A stretch of DNA of 46,939 bases from Hadesarchaea archaeon (lineage in GTDB: Archaea; Hadarchaeota; Hadarchaeia; Hadarchaeales; Hadarchaeaceae): assembly GCA_030672285.1 (NCBI GenBank), contig DAOVGS010000046.1:1-46939 (forward strand), written 5' to 3'. The position numbers and the translations under genes are program-made. The notes under the pieces were generated by a model. That model saw only the letters and a program-made list of their open reading frames with translations. It was not told where the DNA came from and ran no database searches. Positions 35,214 through 45,439 of this stretch are shown here, piece by piece. Each line of letters begins with the position of its first letter. Within the stretch, counting starts at the first letter, position 1.

Positions 35214-35762
35214 TCACTTTTCGGACTTTCGGGCGAGGATTTTGTTTATCTTTTGTGCCGCTTTCTTTACATCTTTCATGCGTTTCACCCCGGCGCAGAC
35301 ACCCTTGCCCGATACGAATAGCAACAACACCGCCTTGGGATCGTCGAGTCTGAACACAAGGCCCGGAAAAATCTCCGGATTATACTCGGTGTTCTCGAAT
35401 CTGCGAGCTATATCCTCGAGATCAAACTTCCCGCCGAAGTCAACGGATGCCACGATATTCTGAACCTTGGCCTTTGGCTCCGTTTTCACCTTTATGCGTG
35501 CTTTCCTGAGCTTTCTCGTAAGATTCCTTATCGCCTGCTTAGCGTCGCTCATGCTCCTCGCGCCGACGCAGTTCATCTTTCCCGATGCGAAGATGAGAAA
35601 AGATGCTCGAGGGTGTTCGGATTTATAGGTAATGCCAGGAAAAACCTCCGGGTCATAGACTGCGCCATCTAGCGACCTGGCCAGCTTCTCGAGGTTAAAC
35701 TCTGTGTCCTCGTATGTGACCGAGAGCACGATATTTTGAATTTTAGTTTTTACTTCCATCAT
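35214..35762 (-). CDS. tbp: TATA-box binding protein
   Basis: Two TBP repeats: IQNIVLSVTYEDTEFNLEKLA.......YDPE.FPGI.YK...P.AS.LIFASGK..C.GA and VQNIVASVDFGGKFDLEDIA....NTEYNPE.FPGLVFRLDDPK...LLF.SGK.VC.G. Confidence 0.95.
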   Translation of the reverse strand: MMEVKTKIQNIVLSVTYEDTEFNLEKLARSLDGAVYDPEVFPGITYKSEHPRASFLIFASGKMNCVGARSMSDAKQAIRNLTRKLRKARIKVKTEPKAKVQNIVASVDFGGKFDLEDIARRFENTEYNPEIFPGLVFRLDDPKAVLLLFVSGKGVCAGVKRMKDVKKAAQKINKILARKSEK

Positions 35763-35944
35763 TTCCTACTCTAATAATTAGTTGGTATGTTGTACTTGCC
35801 CATTTCGGTTACACTACCTCCTAGGCGGCGCGCAAAGGATAAAGTGTTAGAGGATTTAAGAAATACGTAAACACTCTAAGATAAGAACGGTGCTTAGAGG
35901 GGAACCGGCGAAACTAGCGCAATATTTGAGAGGGGAGAAAAAAA

Positions 35945-36403
35945 TTAGTACCTTCTTCTACTCTGGCCCCTATCTCCGCCTCTGAATCCGCCGCCGTACC
36001 TCGGCCTGAACCCTTCGCGCTGCTGCTGCTCCGCGGCGCTGACATCGACTTCCATGTTGACATTTGGTATATCCTTGTCGGATTTTGTCATCTTGCCGTA
36101 TTTTCCGACGTTGAGGTGCATGTGTCCCCGCACGAGCGAGACGTATCCATTCTCTATAGACAGGACATCGCCCTCATTGACCGACCCGATCTGGTCCTGC
36201 CACAGGGAGAGTATAATCGTCCCGGTTTCGTCGCCCACCTTGGCCTCCGCCACCTTCTTTGCTTCTCCGCCGAATCTGTTGGGGATCTCTTTTGGCTCCC
36301 CGACACCCGTGACCTTCACCAGCACGTTTACTTTATCCGACCTAGGCGTCAGATCTTTTACCTTCGTTATTTCCACTGGGCTCTCTTCTATTTTTCCTTC
36401 CAT
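35945..36403 (-). CDS. OB-fold single-stranded DNA-binding protein with RGG-rich tail
   Basis: KVKDLTPRSDKVNVLVKVTGVGEPKEI........KVAEAKVGDETG.I.LSLW.DQI..V.EGDVL.IENGYV....G...LNVGKYG. C-terminus is RPRYGGGFRGGDRGQSRRRY. Confidence 0.75.
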   Translation of the reverse strand: MEGKIEESPVEITKVKDLTPRSDKVNVLVKVTGVGEPKEIPNRFGGEAKKVAEAKVGDETGTIILSLWQDQIGSVNEGDVLSIENGYVSLVRGHMHLNVGKYGKMTKSDKDIPNVNMEVDVSAAEQQQREGFRPRYGGGFRGGDRGQSRRRY

Positions 36404-36646
36404 TCTATCCCTTCCTCAGTTGTGCGTGCCACGTATAAATAGTGATGCATGAAACTTTTTTAGTAAATGCTGTGATGACAAGATGGTGAAAAAAATCTGG
36501 CGAACGGCAATGGTGATTGGAGGAGAGGTTTGAGCGTAAGGGTGAAAGAGTGTTCCTGAAGCAGGAGGAGAGCTACAGGATGATAAAAGCGATCAATGGG
36601 CTTTTCGACAAGATTCTCCCGTATGATTCGTCTTATGCGCCGATTA

Positions 36647-37282
36647 TCATAAAATTTCGTCAAGACTTTTAAGGTTAAACTCTGTGTTAGCACAACCGTT
36701 CTTGACGAGGAAGACCGCCTGACCGGGTATATTCTTGTTTTTAAGGGGTTCTCCCCCTTCCTTCAGTTCTTGGCTGCACGCAACTCCGACGACTCCTTCG
36801 TACGGGTTTTTCTTTAGTATTTGGGGTATGCAGGTGCCGCCTGGCAACACGTAAACATCGTATCCTCTTTCTTTTCCCAGCGCGGTTGCTTTGTTGATCA
36901 AACAGTCGGAGGAGCAGTGGGCGCAGTAGTAAGAGGGAATCTTTGGGTCGAAACGCGCTTGGCACCTGTTGTCCATGTATTTTCTCGAGCAATGAGGCAG
37001 AAAAAGTGCTCTCTTTTTGGTTTTCAGAAACTTCTCTTTATCTAAAAGATTTCTAACGTATACGTCCACGAAATCTTCGAGGAGCATGGAAGCATCAGAG
37101 ATATCCATACCCGTGAGTTCGCAAATCTTGAGCTTCTCGGCTAAGTATCGCACATTTCTCCCGACCCTCCTGTGTATATTTTTTTCATATGCAGCCGTAG
37201 CAAGTCCCCTGAAGAAGGATTTGGACAGGCGCGATACGTCAAAGTTGAATCCGTATGGCATGTTTGTAATGTTGACGGCCAA
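36647..37282 (-). CDS. DUF116-family Cys-rich protein
   Basis: RALFLPHCSRKYMDNRCQA......YYCAHCSSDCLINKA...G...GY.VYV.PGG.......K.....GVVGVAC..EL. The start is TTG 37282 or ATG 37261. Confidence 0.7.
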   Translation of the reverse strand: MAVNITNMPYGFNFDVSRLSKSFFRGLATAAYEKNIHRRVGRNVRYLAEKLKICELTGMDISDASMLLEDFVDVYVRNLLDKEKFLKTKKRALFLPHCSRKYMDNRCQARFDPKIPSYYCAHCSSDCLINKATALGKERGYDVYVLPGGTCIPQILKKNPYEGVVGVACSQELKEGGEPLKNKNIPGQAVFLVKNGCANTEFNLKSLDEIL

Positions 37283-37496
37283 GCGTTTAAGGTTTAGGAC
37301 GAAAATTACAATGTCGGCATCTTGAACAGTTTGAATTGACGTCTACGAAACGATGAGGGACGGGTATATGCGCCCGACGATCATTTATTTCAATCCGTTA
37401 GCGTTTTTCGAATTAATCCTTTTTAACCATTTTAACTTTTGTCTAAACGATCAATAAAATCAAAATGGTATGGGCACCTTCGGAACTACTGACCTA

Positions 37497-38495
37497 TCAA
37501 AATTCCCGTTTGATCGTGAAATCCGCTAACTCCGACAAAACTTCCCTCGCCCCCGACTCCGGCAGCGCCTTCAGCTTTGATTTAGCTTGGGCGACGAGCT
37601 CCCGCGCTCTTTCGGCCACGTAATCGATCGCGCCCGCGCGCTTCAGCACATCGATCGCGGCCTTTAGCTCGGCCTCCGAAGCATCACGCTTGCCGAGCGC
37701 GCGCAAGAGCGTGGCTTTGTCATCTGGGGGTGCGGTGGTGAGGGCTCTGACCACGATGAGCGTTCGCTTGCCCTCCCGGATGTCGCTTCCTATCGGCTTG
37801 CCGAACTTTTCCCGCTCACCGGCCACGCCGAGCACATCATCCTGCATTTGAAATGCCATCCCAATCAATCGTCCGTATTCTGTGAGCGCGCGGACTTGCT
37901 CTGGCTTTCCCTTCCCCAAGAGGACCCCAACCTTCGCGGACGCCTCGAGAAGCGCCCCGGTCTTCCCGCTGACCATGCGCATGTACTCTGTTTCAGTCAC
38001 ATCAGCGCGCCCCTCGAACAGCATGTCGAGCGCCTGTCCCTGACAGATCTCGAAACTCGCCTTGCTCAGGGTATCGAAAAGCTCGACCGCGCGCGCGCCG
38101 TCCAACCCGAGTCGCTTGGCGTTCGCCGCCGCTGCCTCGAACACCTTCGCGAAGAGGGCGTCGCCAGCTATGATCGCAACGGGCTCTCCCCAGAGCACGT
38201 GTACCGTCTTCACGTTTCGCCTGAACTCGTCCCGATCCATGATGTCGTCGTGGATGAGGGTGAAGTTGTGCAGAAGCTCGAGTGCCGTCGCTGCCTCGAG
38301 CGCGTCCTCTGCCTTTCCCCCCACCGCCTCGCATGCCGTGAGCGCCAAGCACGGGCGAAGTCGCTTCCCGCCCGCCTCAATCATGTGCCTCGTCGCGCGC
38401 GCCAAGACTTCCGGCTCGAGCTCTCGGGGCACCCAGCGATTGATCTCCCGCTCGACCATGTGGGTCCGTTCTTCGAGGTACTTCAGCACATCCAT
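37497..38495 (-). CDS. idsA: Polyprenyl (geranylgeranyl) diphosphate synthase
   Basis: FARM motif LIHDDIMD, SARM motif FQMQDDVLG, and GKR.RP near the N-terminus. Confidence 0.85.
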   Translation of the reverse strand: MDVLKYLEERTHMVEREINRWVPRELEPEVLARATRHMIEAGGKRLRPCLALTACEAVGGKAEDALEAATALELLHNFTLIHDDIMDRDEFRRNVKTVHVLWGEPVAIIAGDALFAKVFEAAAANAKRLGLDGARAVELFDTLSKASFEICQGQALDMLFEGRADVTETEYMRMVSGKTGALLEASAKVGVLLGKGKPEQVRALTEYGRLIGMAFQMQDDVLGVAGEREKFGKPIGSDIREGKRTLIVVRALTTAPPDDKATLLRALGKRDASEAELKAAIDVLKRAGAIDYVAERARELVAQAKSKLKALPESGAREVLSELADFTIKREF

Positions 38496-39818
38496 TTAAT
38501 CCAACCTCAAGCACGACCCATTTCGGAGCAGGTGCATGTGCTCGCTCGGGTACCCAAGCTCCCGCCCAAGCTCTGCCATCAGCCTGAGCTTGTCCATGGT
38601 GCTATGGCAGGGGATTAGATGTTCGGGCTTTGTGAACTCAAGGAACTCCTTGGTGTCGATTCGCGCGGCGTGGCCCGATACATGGACATCGCGGTGGATG
38701 CGGGCGCCTTGGGCACGGAGCTTGGTCTCCAGGAGCTCGCGATTGGATTCATTTATCGGGTTCGGGATGACGCTCGCCGAGAAGATCACCTCATCGCCCC
38801 GTCTGACCTTGAACGGAAGCTGACCATTTGCGATGCGCGAGAGCACCGATGTCGGCTCCCCCTGGTGTCCCGTACAAACTAGCACGTAATCGCCCTTTGA
38901 TTTCTCGATCCCACGAAGCAAGTTGTGCACCGCGTTCGGGCGCCCGTGGATGCGCAGCTCGGGCGGGAAGTCCACCAACCCGAGGTCGAGCGCTGCCGTG
39001 CAGTAGTTGCGCAGCGAGCGCCCGACCAGCACGGGGGTGCGGCCGAGCTCGAACGATAGGTCGACGATCGATTTTAACCTAGTGATGTGGGACGAGAAGG
39101 TCGTCACGAGCACCGCCCTGCCGGTGGAGTCCGCCTCTCCCATCGCCTCCCGGAGCATCTCCCGTGCGTGTCCCTCCGATTGGGTGGGACCGGGTTCGTC
39201 CACCCTTATCGCCCCGACTATGGCCGCGAGCAAGCCATCGTGGGCGAGCCGCTTCAGGCGCGTACGGTCGGTTTTATACCCAAGCAAGGGCTCCTCATCG
39301 AGTTTGAAATCGCTCGCGCAGAGCAGAGTTCCACTTGCACCTCGGGCGGCGACGAAGACCGTCTGGAGGATGCTGTGGGCGGCGGGGATGAACTCGAGCT
39401 CGATGTCATCCACCCTCACGCTATCCCCCGGCATCACCGCGCGAAGCTCGTTCTTGACCTTGAAGACGTGCTCTTCACGTATGACACGCTTGACCAGCTC
39501 AAGGGTGAAAGGAGTGCCGTAAATTGGGGCATTGTAGGCGTGCGCGAGCTTTCCCACCGCGCCTATGTGGTCGAGGTGGCCGTGGGTGAGCACGATTGCC
39601 CGAACCTTCCGGTTGCGGAGCAAGCTGTCGTCGGGGATCCCATTTATGTTTATGAGCTCCCTACGGCTCATCTCCCCTAACTCCGCATCCTCGAACGCCA
39701 TGATGCTGTCGAGCCTTATCCCCATGTCCACGATGATGTAGTTTCCATCAAAGCCCAAGGCAGTCATGTTCTTGCCGACTTCCCCCAGGCCGCCGATGGG
39801 TAATATTTCGACCGTCAT
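38496..39818 (-). CDS. rnj: Archaeal RNase J (beta-CASP metallo-beta-lactamase)
   Basis: [20 protein letters not shown]....[11 protein letters not shown]...[16 protein letters not shown]....PIYGTP.T. Close to my recollection of Pyrococcus RNase J. ATG 39818 overlaps the fni stop (ATGA). Confidence 0.85.
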   Translation of the reverse strand: MTVEILPIGGLGEVGKNMTALGFDGNYIIVDMGIRLDSIMAFEDAELGEMSRRELININGIPDDSLLRNRKVRAIVLTHGHLDHIGAVGKLAHAYNAPIYGTPFTLELVKRVIREEHVFKVKNELRAVMPGDSVRVDDIELEFIPAAHSILQTVFVAARGASGTLLCASDFKLDEEPLLGYKTDRTRLKRLAHDGLLAAIVGAIRVDEPGPTQSEGHAREMLREAMGEADSTGRAVLVTTFSSHITRLKSIVDLSFELGRTPVLVGRSLRNYCTAALDLGLVDFPPELRIHGRPNAVHNLLRGIEKSKGDYVLVCTGHQGEPTSVLSRIANGQLPFKVRRGDEVIFSASVIPNPINESNRELLETKLRAQGARIHRDVHVSGHAARIDTKEFLEFTKPEHLIPCHSTMDKLRLMAELGRELGYPSEHMHLLRNGSCLRLD

Positions 39819-40900
39819 CGCCTTTCTCGCCTCCCCAGCTCGTTGGGACTCAGGCCGCGGGCGAGGAACCACTCACGCGTCCTACCTGTGATTACCAACG
39901 GCACTTTTCTGAGCTCTCGAATTCGCTTGCAGCCCGTGAGGAACATCGCCGCGCGCAGCTCCGCGATGAAATCATTTAAAACCCCAACGACCGCACGCTT
40001 GCCCCTCGACGCAGCTCGGAGGAGGGGGAGCGCTATTCCGACGAGATTGGCGCCGAGTGCGAGTGCCTTCGCGGCATCGAGCCCCGTGCGTACCCCGCCG
40101 CTCGAGATCACGGGCACCCTGACTGCCTTGGTCACCTCCGCGGTGCAAACGGCAGTTGGAATTCCCCAGTCCCAGAAGGTGATGCCCAAGCGAGCGCGCT
40201 TTGCCGACCGAAACGTCTCCACCCCAGCCCAAGCAGTCCCCCCAGCTCCGCTGACATCAATCCCCTTCGCACCTGCTCTCACGAGCTTTCGAGCAGCTTC
40301 GGCACTCAGCCCGCTGCCTGTCTCCTTTGCTATCACGGGGATCTTAAGCCCTCGGCAAACTTCGGTGAATTTTACCATGCCCCCACGATACATGGGCTCC
40401 CCCCCGGGCTGCGCGAGCTCCTGCAGCGGGTTCATGTGGATCGAAAGCGCGTCAGCATCAATCATCTCGACCGCTCGGCTGGCCTCCGCTACGCCGTAAC
40501 CCTGGGTCAGCTGGGGCATGCCTAGGTTGCCCACAAGAAATACATCTGGGGCGACGCTTCGGACCTCGTAGGTCTTCGCCAGCTTCGGGTTCTCGAGTGC
40601 CGCACGCTGGCTGCCCACGCTGAAAGCCAAACCAAGCTCCTGCGCTGCCGATGCCAAGGCTAAGTTCAGCTTTCGCCCCCGCTGATGCCCGCCTGTCATC
40701 GAGCATATCATGATCGGCACCTCCAGCCTTGTCCCGAGGAAGGATGTGCGCAGGCCGATGTCCTCGAGGTCGAGTTCCGGAAGGGCGTTGTGTACGAACT
40801 CCACGTCCTCGAAACCTGGGGACTTGAAGAGGCTCTCGACATCCCGCTCCAAACAAATTCGGATGTGATCCAGCTTGCGAGCAGTAGTTCTTCCGCTCAT
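39815..40900 (-). CDS. fni: Type-2 isopentenyl-diphosphate delta-isomerase (FMN-dependent)
   Basis: [14 protein letters not shown]......[11 protein letters not shown]........T.FLG..L..P....MTGG....LN..LA.AA.ELG.AF.VGSQR....KETG.G.S...A..L...G...[10 protein letters not shown]. Confidence 0.9.
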   Translation of the reverse strand: MSGRTTARKLDHIRICLERDVESLFKSPGFEDVEFVHNALPELDLEDIGLRTSFLGTRLEVPIMICSMTGGHQRGRKLNLALASAAQELGLAFSVGSQRAALENPKLAKTYEVRSVAPDVFLVGNLGMPQLTQGYGVAEASRAVEMIDADALSIHMNPLQELAQPGGEPMYRGGMVKFTEVCRGLKIPVIAKETGSGLSAEAARKLVRAGAKGIDVSGAGGTAWAGVETFRSAKRARLGITFWDWGIPTAVCTAEVTKAVRVPVISSGGVRTGLDAAKALALGANLVGIALPLLRAASRGKRAVVGVLNDFIAELRAAMFLTGCKRIRELRKVPLVITGRTREWFLARGLSPNELGRRERR

Positions 40901-40904
40901 ACCC

Positions 40905-41693
40905 TCACCTCGCCACCACGCGTGTGCCGAGCCCCCGTTCCCCGAGGATCGCCCGCCTCAGGGTACCGGGCTTCGTCGCGTTAACTATCTCCGCCTCCAC
41001 CCTGCGCTCGGCCAACGCGAGCAGCTCCCGCACCTTGTTCGCCATCCCGCCCGTGACGTCCTTACCCCCAGCTGAGCTAATTGACTCCACGAGCTTCGGC
41101 CAGTTCGCGAGCGTTATCTCCGGCACGAGCTTTGCATTGCGATCAACTTTTGGGTCGCCCGTATAAACCCCGTCCACATCCACCCCTAGAACGACGCGCC
41201 CGGCCCCAAGTTCCCGCGCTAGGTAGACGATGAGCTGATCACCCGAGAGTATACACATCCCTCGGCTCAAATCTGGCACCGCATCCCCATACAAAATGGG
41301 TGCCAAGCCGAGCTCAAGCAATTTTTTTATTGGCGCTAACTCCATCGATTGAATCCGACCATCGCTGACCACCGCGCAGGCTGAGGGGGGGATCGCGATC
41401 GCCGGCAGACCAGCTTTTTGGAGGGCATCGATGACGTGGGCGTTGAGCCGCTCCATGGCACGATGGGTGAGCGATAGACCCATCAGTTGTCGTTCGTTCT
41501 TGTATCCTTCATCAATCTTGTACTTGGACGCTAGCGGGTGTCCAAACGAGCCGCCACCATGCACGACGACGAGGGGCCCTTTAACCGTGGCTAACTCGCT
41601 CGCAAGCCGTTTGAGGGCCGACCGCTTGACCGCGAACCGTCTGTGCTTGTCGGTTATGACGCTCCCGCCAAGCTTCACAATTAATGGTTTCAT
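40905..41693 (-). CDS. Isopentenyl phosphate kinase
   Basis: Amino-acid-kinase fold: [16 protein letters not shown]...[10 protein letters not shown]......GD.......ILSGD....LA........L..DVDGVYT.DP. Confidence 0.85.
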   Translation of the reverse strand: MKPLIVKLGGSVITDKHRRFAVKRSALKRLASELATVKGPLVVVHGGGSFGHPLASKYKIDEGYKNERQLMGLSLTHRAMERLNAHVIDALQKAGLPAIAIPPSACAVVSDGRIQSMELAPIKKLLELGLAPILYGDAVPDLSRGMCILSGDQLIVYLARELGAGRVVLGVDVDGVYTGDPKVDRNAKLVPEITLANWPKLVESISSAGGKDVTGGMANKVRELLALAERRVEAEIVNATKPGTLRRAILGERGLGTRVVAR

Positions 41694-41696
41694 GGG

Positions 41697-42536
41697 TCAC
41701 CTCAAAATCGCGATGCTTCCATACCCTACGACCTGCGCCATCGGCCCCGCTGTCTCGCCGCTCGTCGCGTACTTCAGTAGCTTCGCCTTTTTTGCCCCAA
41801 GTTTTTTCGCGGCTTGCAACATCGCCGAAACCGCCCCGTAACCGCACATGGTGATTGCCTCCTCCTCAACAGTATGCACCAAGCCTGCCGCATCTAGCGC
41901 CAATATTTTGTCTATCGCCTTGTGATTTTTCTCGGCGGCCAATCGTTGCGGTTCATAGTGGGTGAAATCTGTTGATGCGATGATGGCGACATCCTTCCCA
42001 GCCGACGCCTCAGCGATGGCATCCCCGACCTCCTTGCTCGTCCGCTCATCCTGCAACATCATGCATATCGGCACAATTTTGAACTCAGCATTGAAGAGGT
42101 GCTGGAGGAACGGGAGCTGGACCTCGAGCGAGTGCTCGTGAGCATGGGCGACCGCGTCGACGTCGATGATGCCGGACGCTTGCTTGATCGCCCCGCTCAG
42201 CACCTCGTCTATTTGGATTTCTCCTAAGGGAGTTTGCCACTTCCCCGAGGTAATTATCGAAACACCTGAACCCGCGCCCGAGTGATTGGGCCCAATGATT
42301 ACGATCGAGCTCGGCTTGCCGTCCCGCGCCATCTGAGCGAACCCATGCGCAGCGACCGGTCCCGAGTACATGTAACCCGCGTGGGGGGAGACTAAGCCCA
42401 CGAGCTGCCTCGGCCCGGCCTTCACCTTCGGCACTCCCCCCGGACCGTGTTGATGAGCGTAACACCACTCTATTTGCTCCAAAAGGTCCGCTCGGGTACC
42501 CTCGTAAAATTGCCCTGCGACCACCGGGGGCCTCAC
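41697..42536 (-). CDS. MEMO1-family / AmmeMemoRadiSam system protein B
   Basis: GTG start. MRPPVVAGQFYEG....L...I.......GP........G.VSPHAGY.YSG..AA...........VI.GPNH.... Confidence 0.8.
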   Translation of the reverse strand: MRPPVVAGQFYEGTRADLLEQIEWCYAHQHGPGGVPKVKAGPRQLVGLVSPHAGYMYSGPVAAHGFAQMARDGKPSSIVIIGPNHSGAGSGVSIITSGKWQTPLGEIQIDEVLSGAIKQASGIIDVDAVAHAHEHSLEVQLPFLQHLFNAEFKIVPICMMLQDERTSKEVGDAIAEASAGKDVAIIASTDFTHYEPQRLAAEKNHKAIDKILALDAAGLVHTVEEEAITMCGYGAVSAMLQAAKKLGAKKAKLLKYATSGETAGPMAQVVGYGSIAILR

Positions 42537-43166
42537 CTACTCACCCTCCGGCTTAGTCTCGAACTCCTCGACCGAGACCTCGAACGGCGCCTCTGGCGAG
42601 AGCTGCCCCCGCTCCCGAAGCACTTGGCGCGCGAGCAACCAGTAAACGAGCGCGAGCGCCTTGCGCCCCTTGTTGTTCGTTGGGATGATGAGGTCTATGT
42701 CAGCCGTTTCGTTGTCCGTGTCGCAGAACCCAACCACGGGAATGCCCTCCTCAGCCGCCTCACGCATGGGCTGCTCATCCGCCAGCGGGTCGGTGATGAC
42801 AAGCGCGGCCGGCTCAATGTATCCCTTGTAGGAGGGGTTTGTAAAAGTGCCCGGGACGAATCTACCAACCATAGCCCTGGCCCCGGTCACCTCGCCGAAC
42901 CGCTGCGCCGGGCGCTGCCCGTACTGCCGGGCCGAAACCGCGATCACGCTCGCCGGCTCAAATCGCGCCAGAAACCTCCCGGCCAGACTTACGCGCTCGT
43001 CGGTCTTTCGGACGTCTAACACGTAAAGCCCATCGGGCCGCACGCGGTAGATGAAAGGGGCCATCGCGCCCGTCTTCTGCCGGGTCCCTATGTGGACACC
43101 GCTCGAGAGGTAGGTGTCGAAATCCACTAGCCCGACCACGCCTTCCGCAAATTCGGGTGTGCTCAT
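42537..43166 (-). CDS. rps2: 30S ribosomal protein S2 (uS2)
   Basis: [40 protein letters not shown]...A.RFLA........V.SARQYGQ.P...F...TGA....GRF.PGTFTNP....Y.EP....TDP..D.Q...EA...GIPVV.FCDTDN....[20 protein letters not shown]. Confidence 0.95.
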   Translation of the reverse strand: MSTPEFAEGVVGLVDFDTYLSSGVHIGTRQKTGAMAPFIYRVRPDGLYVLDVRKTDERVSLAGRFLARFEPASVIAVSARQYGQRPAQRFGEVTGARAMVGRFVPGTFTNPSYKGYIEPAALVITDPLADEQPMREAAEEGIPVVGFCDTDNETADIDLIIPTNNKGRKALALVYWLLARQVLRERGQLSPEAPFEVSVEEFETKPEGE

Positions 43167-44443
43167 CGTAGCATCCCCATTTTCGCCTTTGCTCCCAATT
43201 TTTCCTCAATCCGAATTAACTCATTAAGTTTGGCCACCCGCTCGCCACCGGCCACGCCCGTCTTGATGAGGGGACAACCCCACGCCACAGCTAGGTGGGC
43301 AATTGTTTCGTCTGGGGTCTCCCCTGAGCGATGGGACATCACGGGCACGTAATCATGTTTCTTCGCCAATTTTACCGCCGCTAGTGTATCGCTGAGCGTC
43401 CCTATCTGGTTTGGTTTTATTAGCACGGCATTCGCTGCCCCAGCTTTTATACCTTTCTGGATTCGCCCTACGTTCGTTACGAAGAGGTCATCGCCGCAGA
43501 TCAAGCACCGCTTGCCGGCCTTCCGCGTGAGCTCGGCGAACCCATCGAAATCCTCCTCGTGCATCGGATCCTCGACGTAGAAGAGCTTGTAAGTTTCAAT
43601 CAATCCGAGGATGAAATCTATTTGTTCCCCCTGATCCCGACTCACGCCCTCGCGCTCGTAAACGTGCTTTTGTTTTTTTGTATCGTACAGGCTGCTCGAG
43701 GCAACGTCTAGGGCCGGCCTCATCTCAAACCCCACCTCACCCACAACCTCTTCGCATGCCCGCGCTACGACTTCGAGAGCGTCGAGGTTGTTTAGGTTCG
43801 GTGCCCAAGCCCCCTCATCACCCTTGCCGCCCGTGAATGTCTCATTTTTTTGCTCAAGCAGACCTTTGACCTTTTTGTGAACTTGGGAGTTTGCAGATGC
43901 AGCGTCGACAAAGCTGATTGCGCCAACGGGGATCGATAGAAACTCTTGGATATCGGGCGCCTGCTTACCGGCGTGCGCTCCGCCGCCCAGCACGTTCCCG
44001 AGCGGGTAAGGGAGCCGAACTGCCTGCCCGCCCCCTAAATATTTGAACAGAAGCATGCCACGTGCGGAAGCCGCAGCTTTGGCCACTGCAGCCGAAATTG
44101 CCACTGCCACGTTGCCGCCTAGCTTGGAAAAGTTGGGCGTACCGTCGAGTTCATGAAGGAGCAAATCGATTTCCCCCTGCCTGTCAGCTATCTTACCGAT
44201 CAGTTTTGGCGCAACTATCTTTCTCACCGCCTCAGTTGATACATCCACCCCACCCCTAGGGAACGCTATGACCTCGTGCTTGCCCTTGCTCGCCCCGCGG
44301 GGGGCTGCAGCTCGACCGAACCCGGCCCTAACTCGCCGCTTATCTTGCACGACGACATCAACCTCGATGGTTGGGTTGCCTCGGCTGTCCAAGACCTTGC
44401 GCGCGGCAATGCTGTCAATGGTGAGCTTCTCCAAACTGGCCAC
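43163..44443 (-). CDS. eno: Enolase
   Basis: GTG start. [19 protein letters not shown]......GRAA.P.GAS.G..E......EDP..E.DF.GF..LT......[10 protein letters not shown]...G......[12 protein letters not shown]...V.LA.......V.SHRSGET.D..IA.LAV. Confidence 0.95.
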   Translation of the reverse strand: MASLEKLTIDSIAARKVLDSRGNPTIEVDVVVQDKRRVRAGFGRAAAPRGASKGKHEVIAFPRGGVDVSTEAVRKIVAPKLIGKIADRQGEIDLLLHELDGTPNFSKLGGNVAVAISAAVAKAAASARGMLLFKYLGGGQAVRLPYPLGNVLGGGAHAGKQAPDIQEFLSIPVGAISFVDAASANSQVHKKVKGLLEQKNETFTGGKGDEGAWAPNLNNLDALEVVARACEEVVGEVGFEMRPALDVASSSLYDTKKQKHVYEREGVSRDQGEQIDFILGLIETYKLFYVEDPMHEEDFDGFAELTRKAGKRCLICGDDLFVTNVGRIQKGIKAGAANAVLIKPNQIGTLSDTLAAVKLAKKHDYVPVMSHRSGETPDETIAHLAVAWGCPLIKTGVAGGERVAKLNELIRIEEKLGAKAKMGMLR

Positions 44444-44561
44444 CTATCCGACATCACCGACAGCCTTTAAAAATTACTTCCATTAGGGATGTGGGGAGGT
44501 TTGTAAAATATTTTAAAACACCTGAATCTGCTAAATTAACCTTGAATGGATTATCTTTTGC

Positions 44562-45434
44562 TTAGAGGATCCACCCGTGGGTCAATATAGAAACGTTATT
44601 ATCTGCGTCGATGATGGCGTTACCAAATCCCCAACCCGGAATGTATATGCCTTTCCAACCATCATAGTAGTCGAAAGTATACGTGCTATCTGTCTTGACG
44701 AAATTAAATGGAACAATTTTGTTAACATTTAAGTGGCCCAAATGATCTTCAGCATAGGGTGAGGTGGGCTTCTTTGAAACTATAATCGACATTGCTTGAA
44801 GTTCGTCGCTCGTTGTTGCAGTATACTCATTCTCTACGGTTATCCCACCTGTGCGGTTGTCATAAATGAACACGATGGAATTTTGCTCGCTGACCACGGC
44901 CCCTACCGCGAAATTGTCGTTCTCCGCAGCTCGCACGCAGAAGTAAAGCTCCACGTTCTCCGCGGAAACCCCCTCCCTAGAAGCGAGAGCATTGGTGATC
45001 TCCGTCAGCGGCATCTCAACCCCTACCTCTTTCAAAGTAATCTCCGAAACTTGCTTATCTTCAACCCCAAGCTGAACCGTCTCGCTGTGAGATTCATACC
45101 CCGATTTGGTCACCGAGAGACTGTAGCTCTCGTCGCCCTCCAAACCGATAAACTCGTAATAGCCACTAGAATCAGTGGTTGCCGACTGTCCGTCCAGAGT
45201 TACGGTTGCACCGGCTACGGCTACACCATCGGTTTTCACGTAACCGTATATTTTGTATGTTACCTCTGGAGGGGTTACCTCTGGAGGGCGGGTACCTAGG
45301 TAAATTGCGGCAACGCATATAATAGCGATGATGATGATTACCCCCAAAATACGTCTGCGTCTAACCATTCTCTCAGGCTCCGTTGGGGGGATTTCTTCAA
45401 CAGTGCTGACCTTAACTTGCCTGTTGATATTCAT
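44562..45434 (-). CDS. Membrane-anchored protein: CarboxypepD_reg-like Ig domain + PepSY-like domain + unknown C-terminal domain
   Basis: TM ILGVIIIIAIICVAAIYL. YKIYGYVKTDGVAVAGATVTLDGQSATTDSSGYYEF..L..D.SY.L.V.K.GY (Cna-B/CarboxypepD_reg pattern). ITNALASREGVSAENVEL......NDNFAVGAVVSEQNSIVFIYDNRTGGI is PepSY-like. Its ATG lies 5 nt after the upstream stop. Confidence 0.55.
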   Translation of the reverse strand: MNINRQVKVSTVEEIPPTEPERMVRRRRILGVIIIIAIICVAAIYLGTRPPEVTPPEVTYKIYGYVKTDGVAVAGATVTLDGQSATTDSSGYYEFIGLEGDESYSLSVTKSGYESHSETVQLGVEDKQVSEITLKEVGVEMPLTEITNALASREGVSAENVELYFCVRAAENDNFAVGAVVSEQNSIVFIYDNRTGGITVENEYTATTSDELQAMSIIVSKKPTSPYAEDHLGHLNVNKIVPFNFVKTDSTYTFDYYDGWKGIYIPGWGFGNAIIDADNNVSILTHGWIL

Positions 45435-45439
45435 GCCTC

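Noticed and set aside
36498-36506. Half-site TGGCGAACG about 100 nt upstream of the SSB gene, resembling the 16-bp palindrome.
   Set aside because: Only one 9-nt arm is present and the other half does not match. A 9-mer can occur by chance. It would matter only if the palindrome regulon is confirmed.
36466-36560. Possible C/D box sRNA (gUGAUGA at 36471-36477, CUGA at ~36556) between the SSB and DUF116 genes.
   Set aside because: Box spacing of about 80 nt is far too long. There are no proper D' or C' boxes and no terminal stem.
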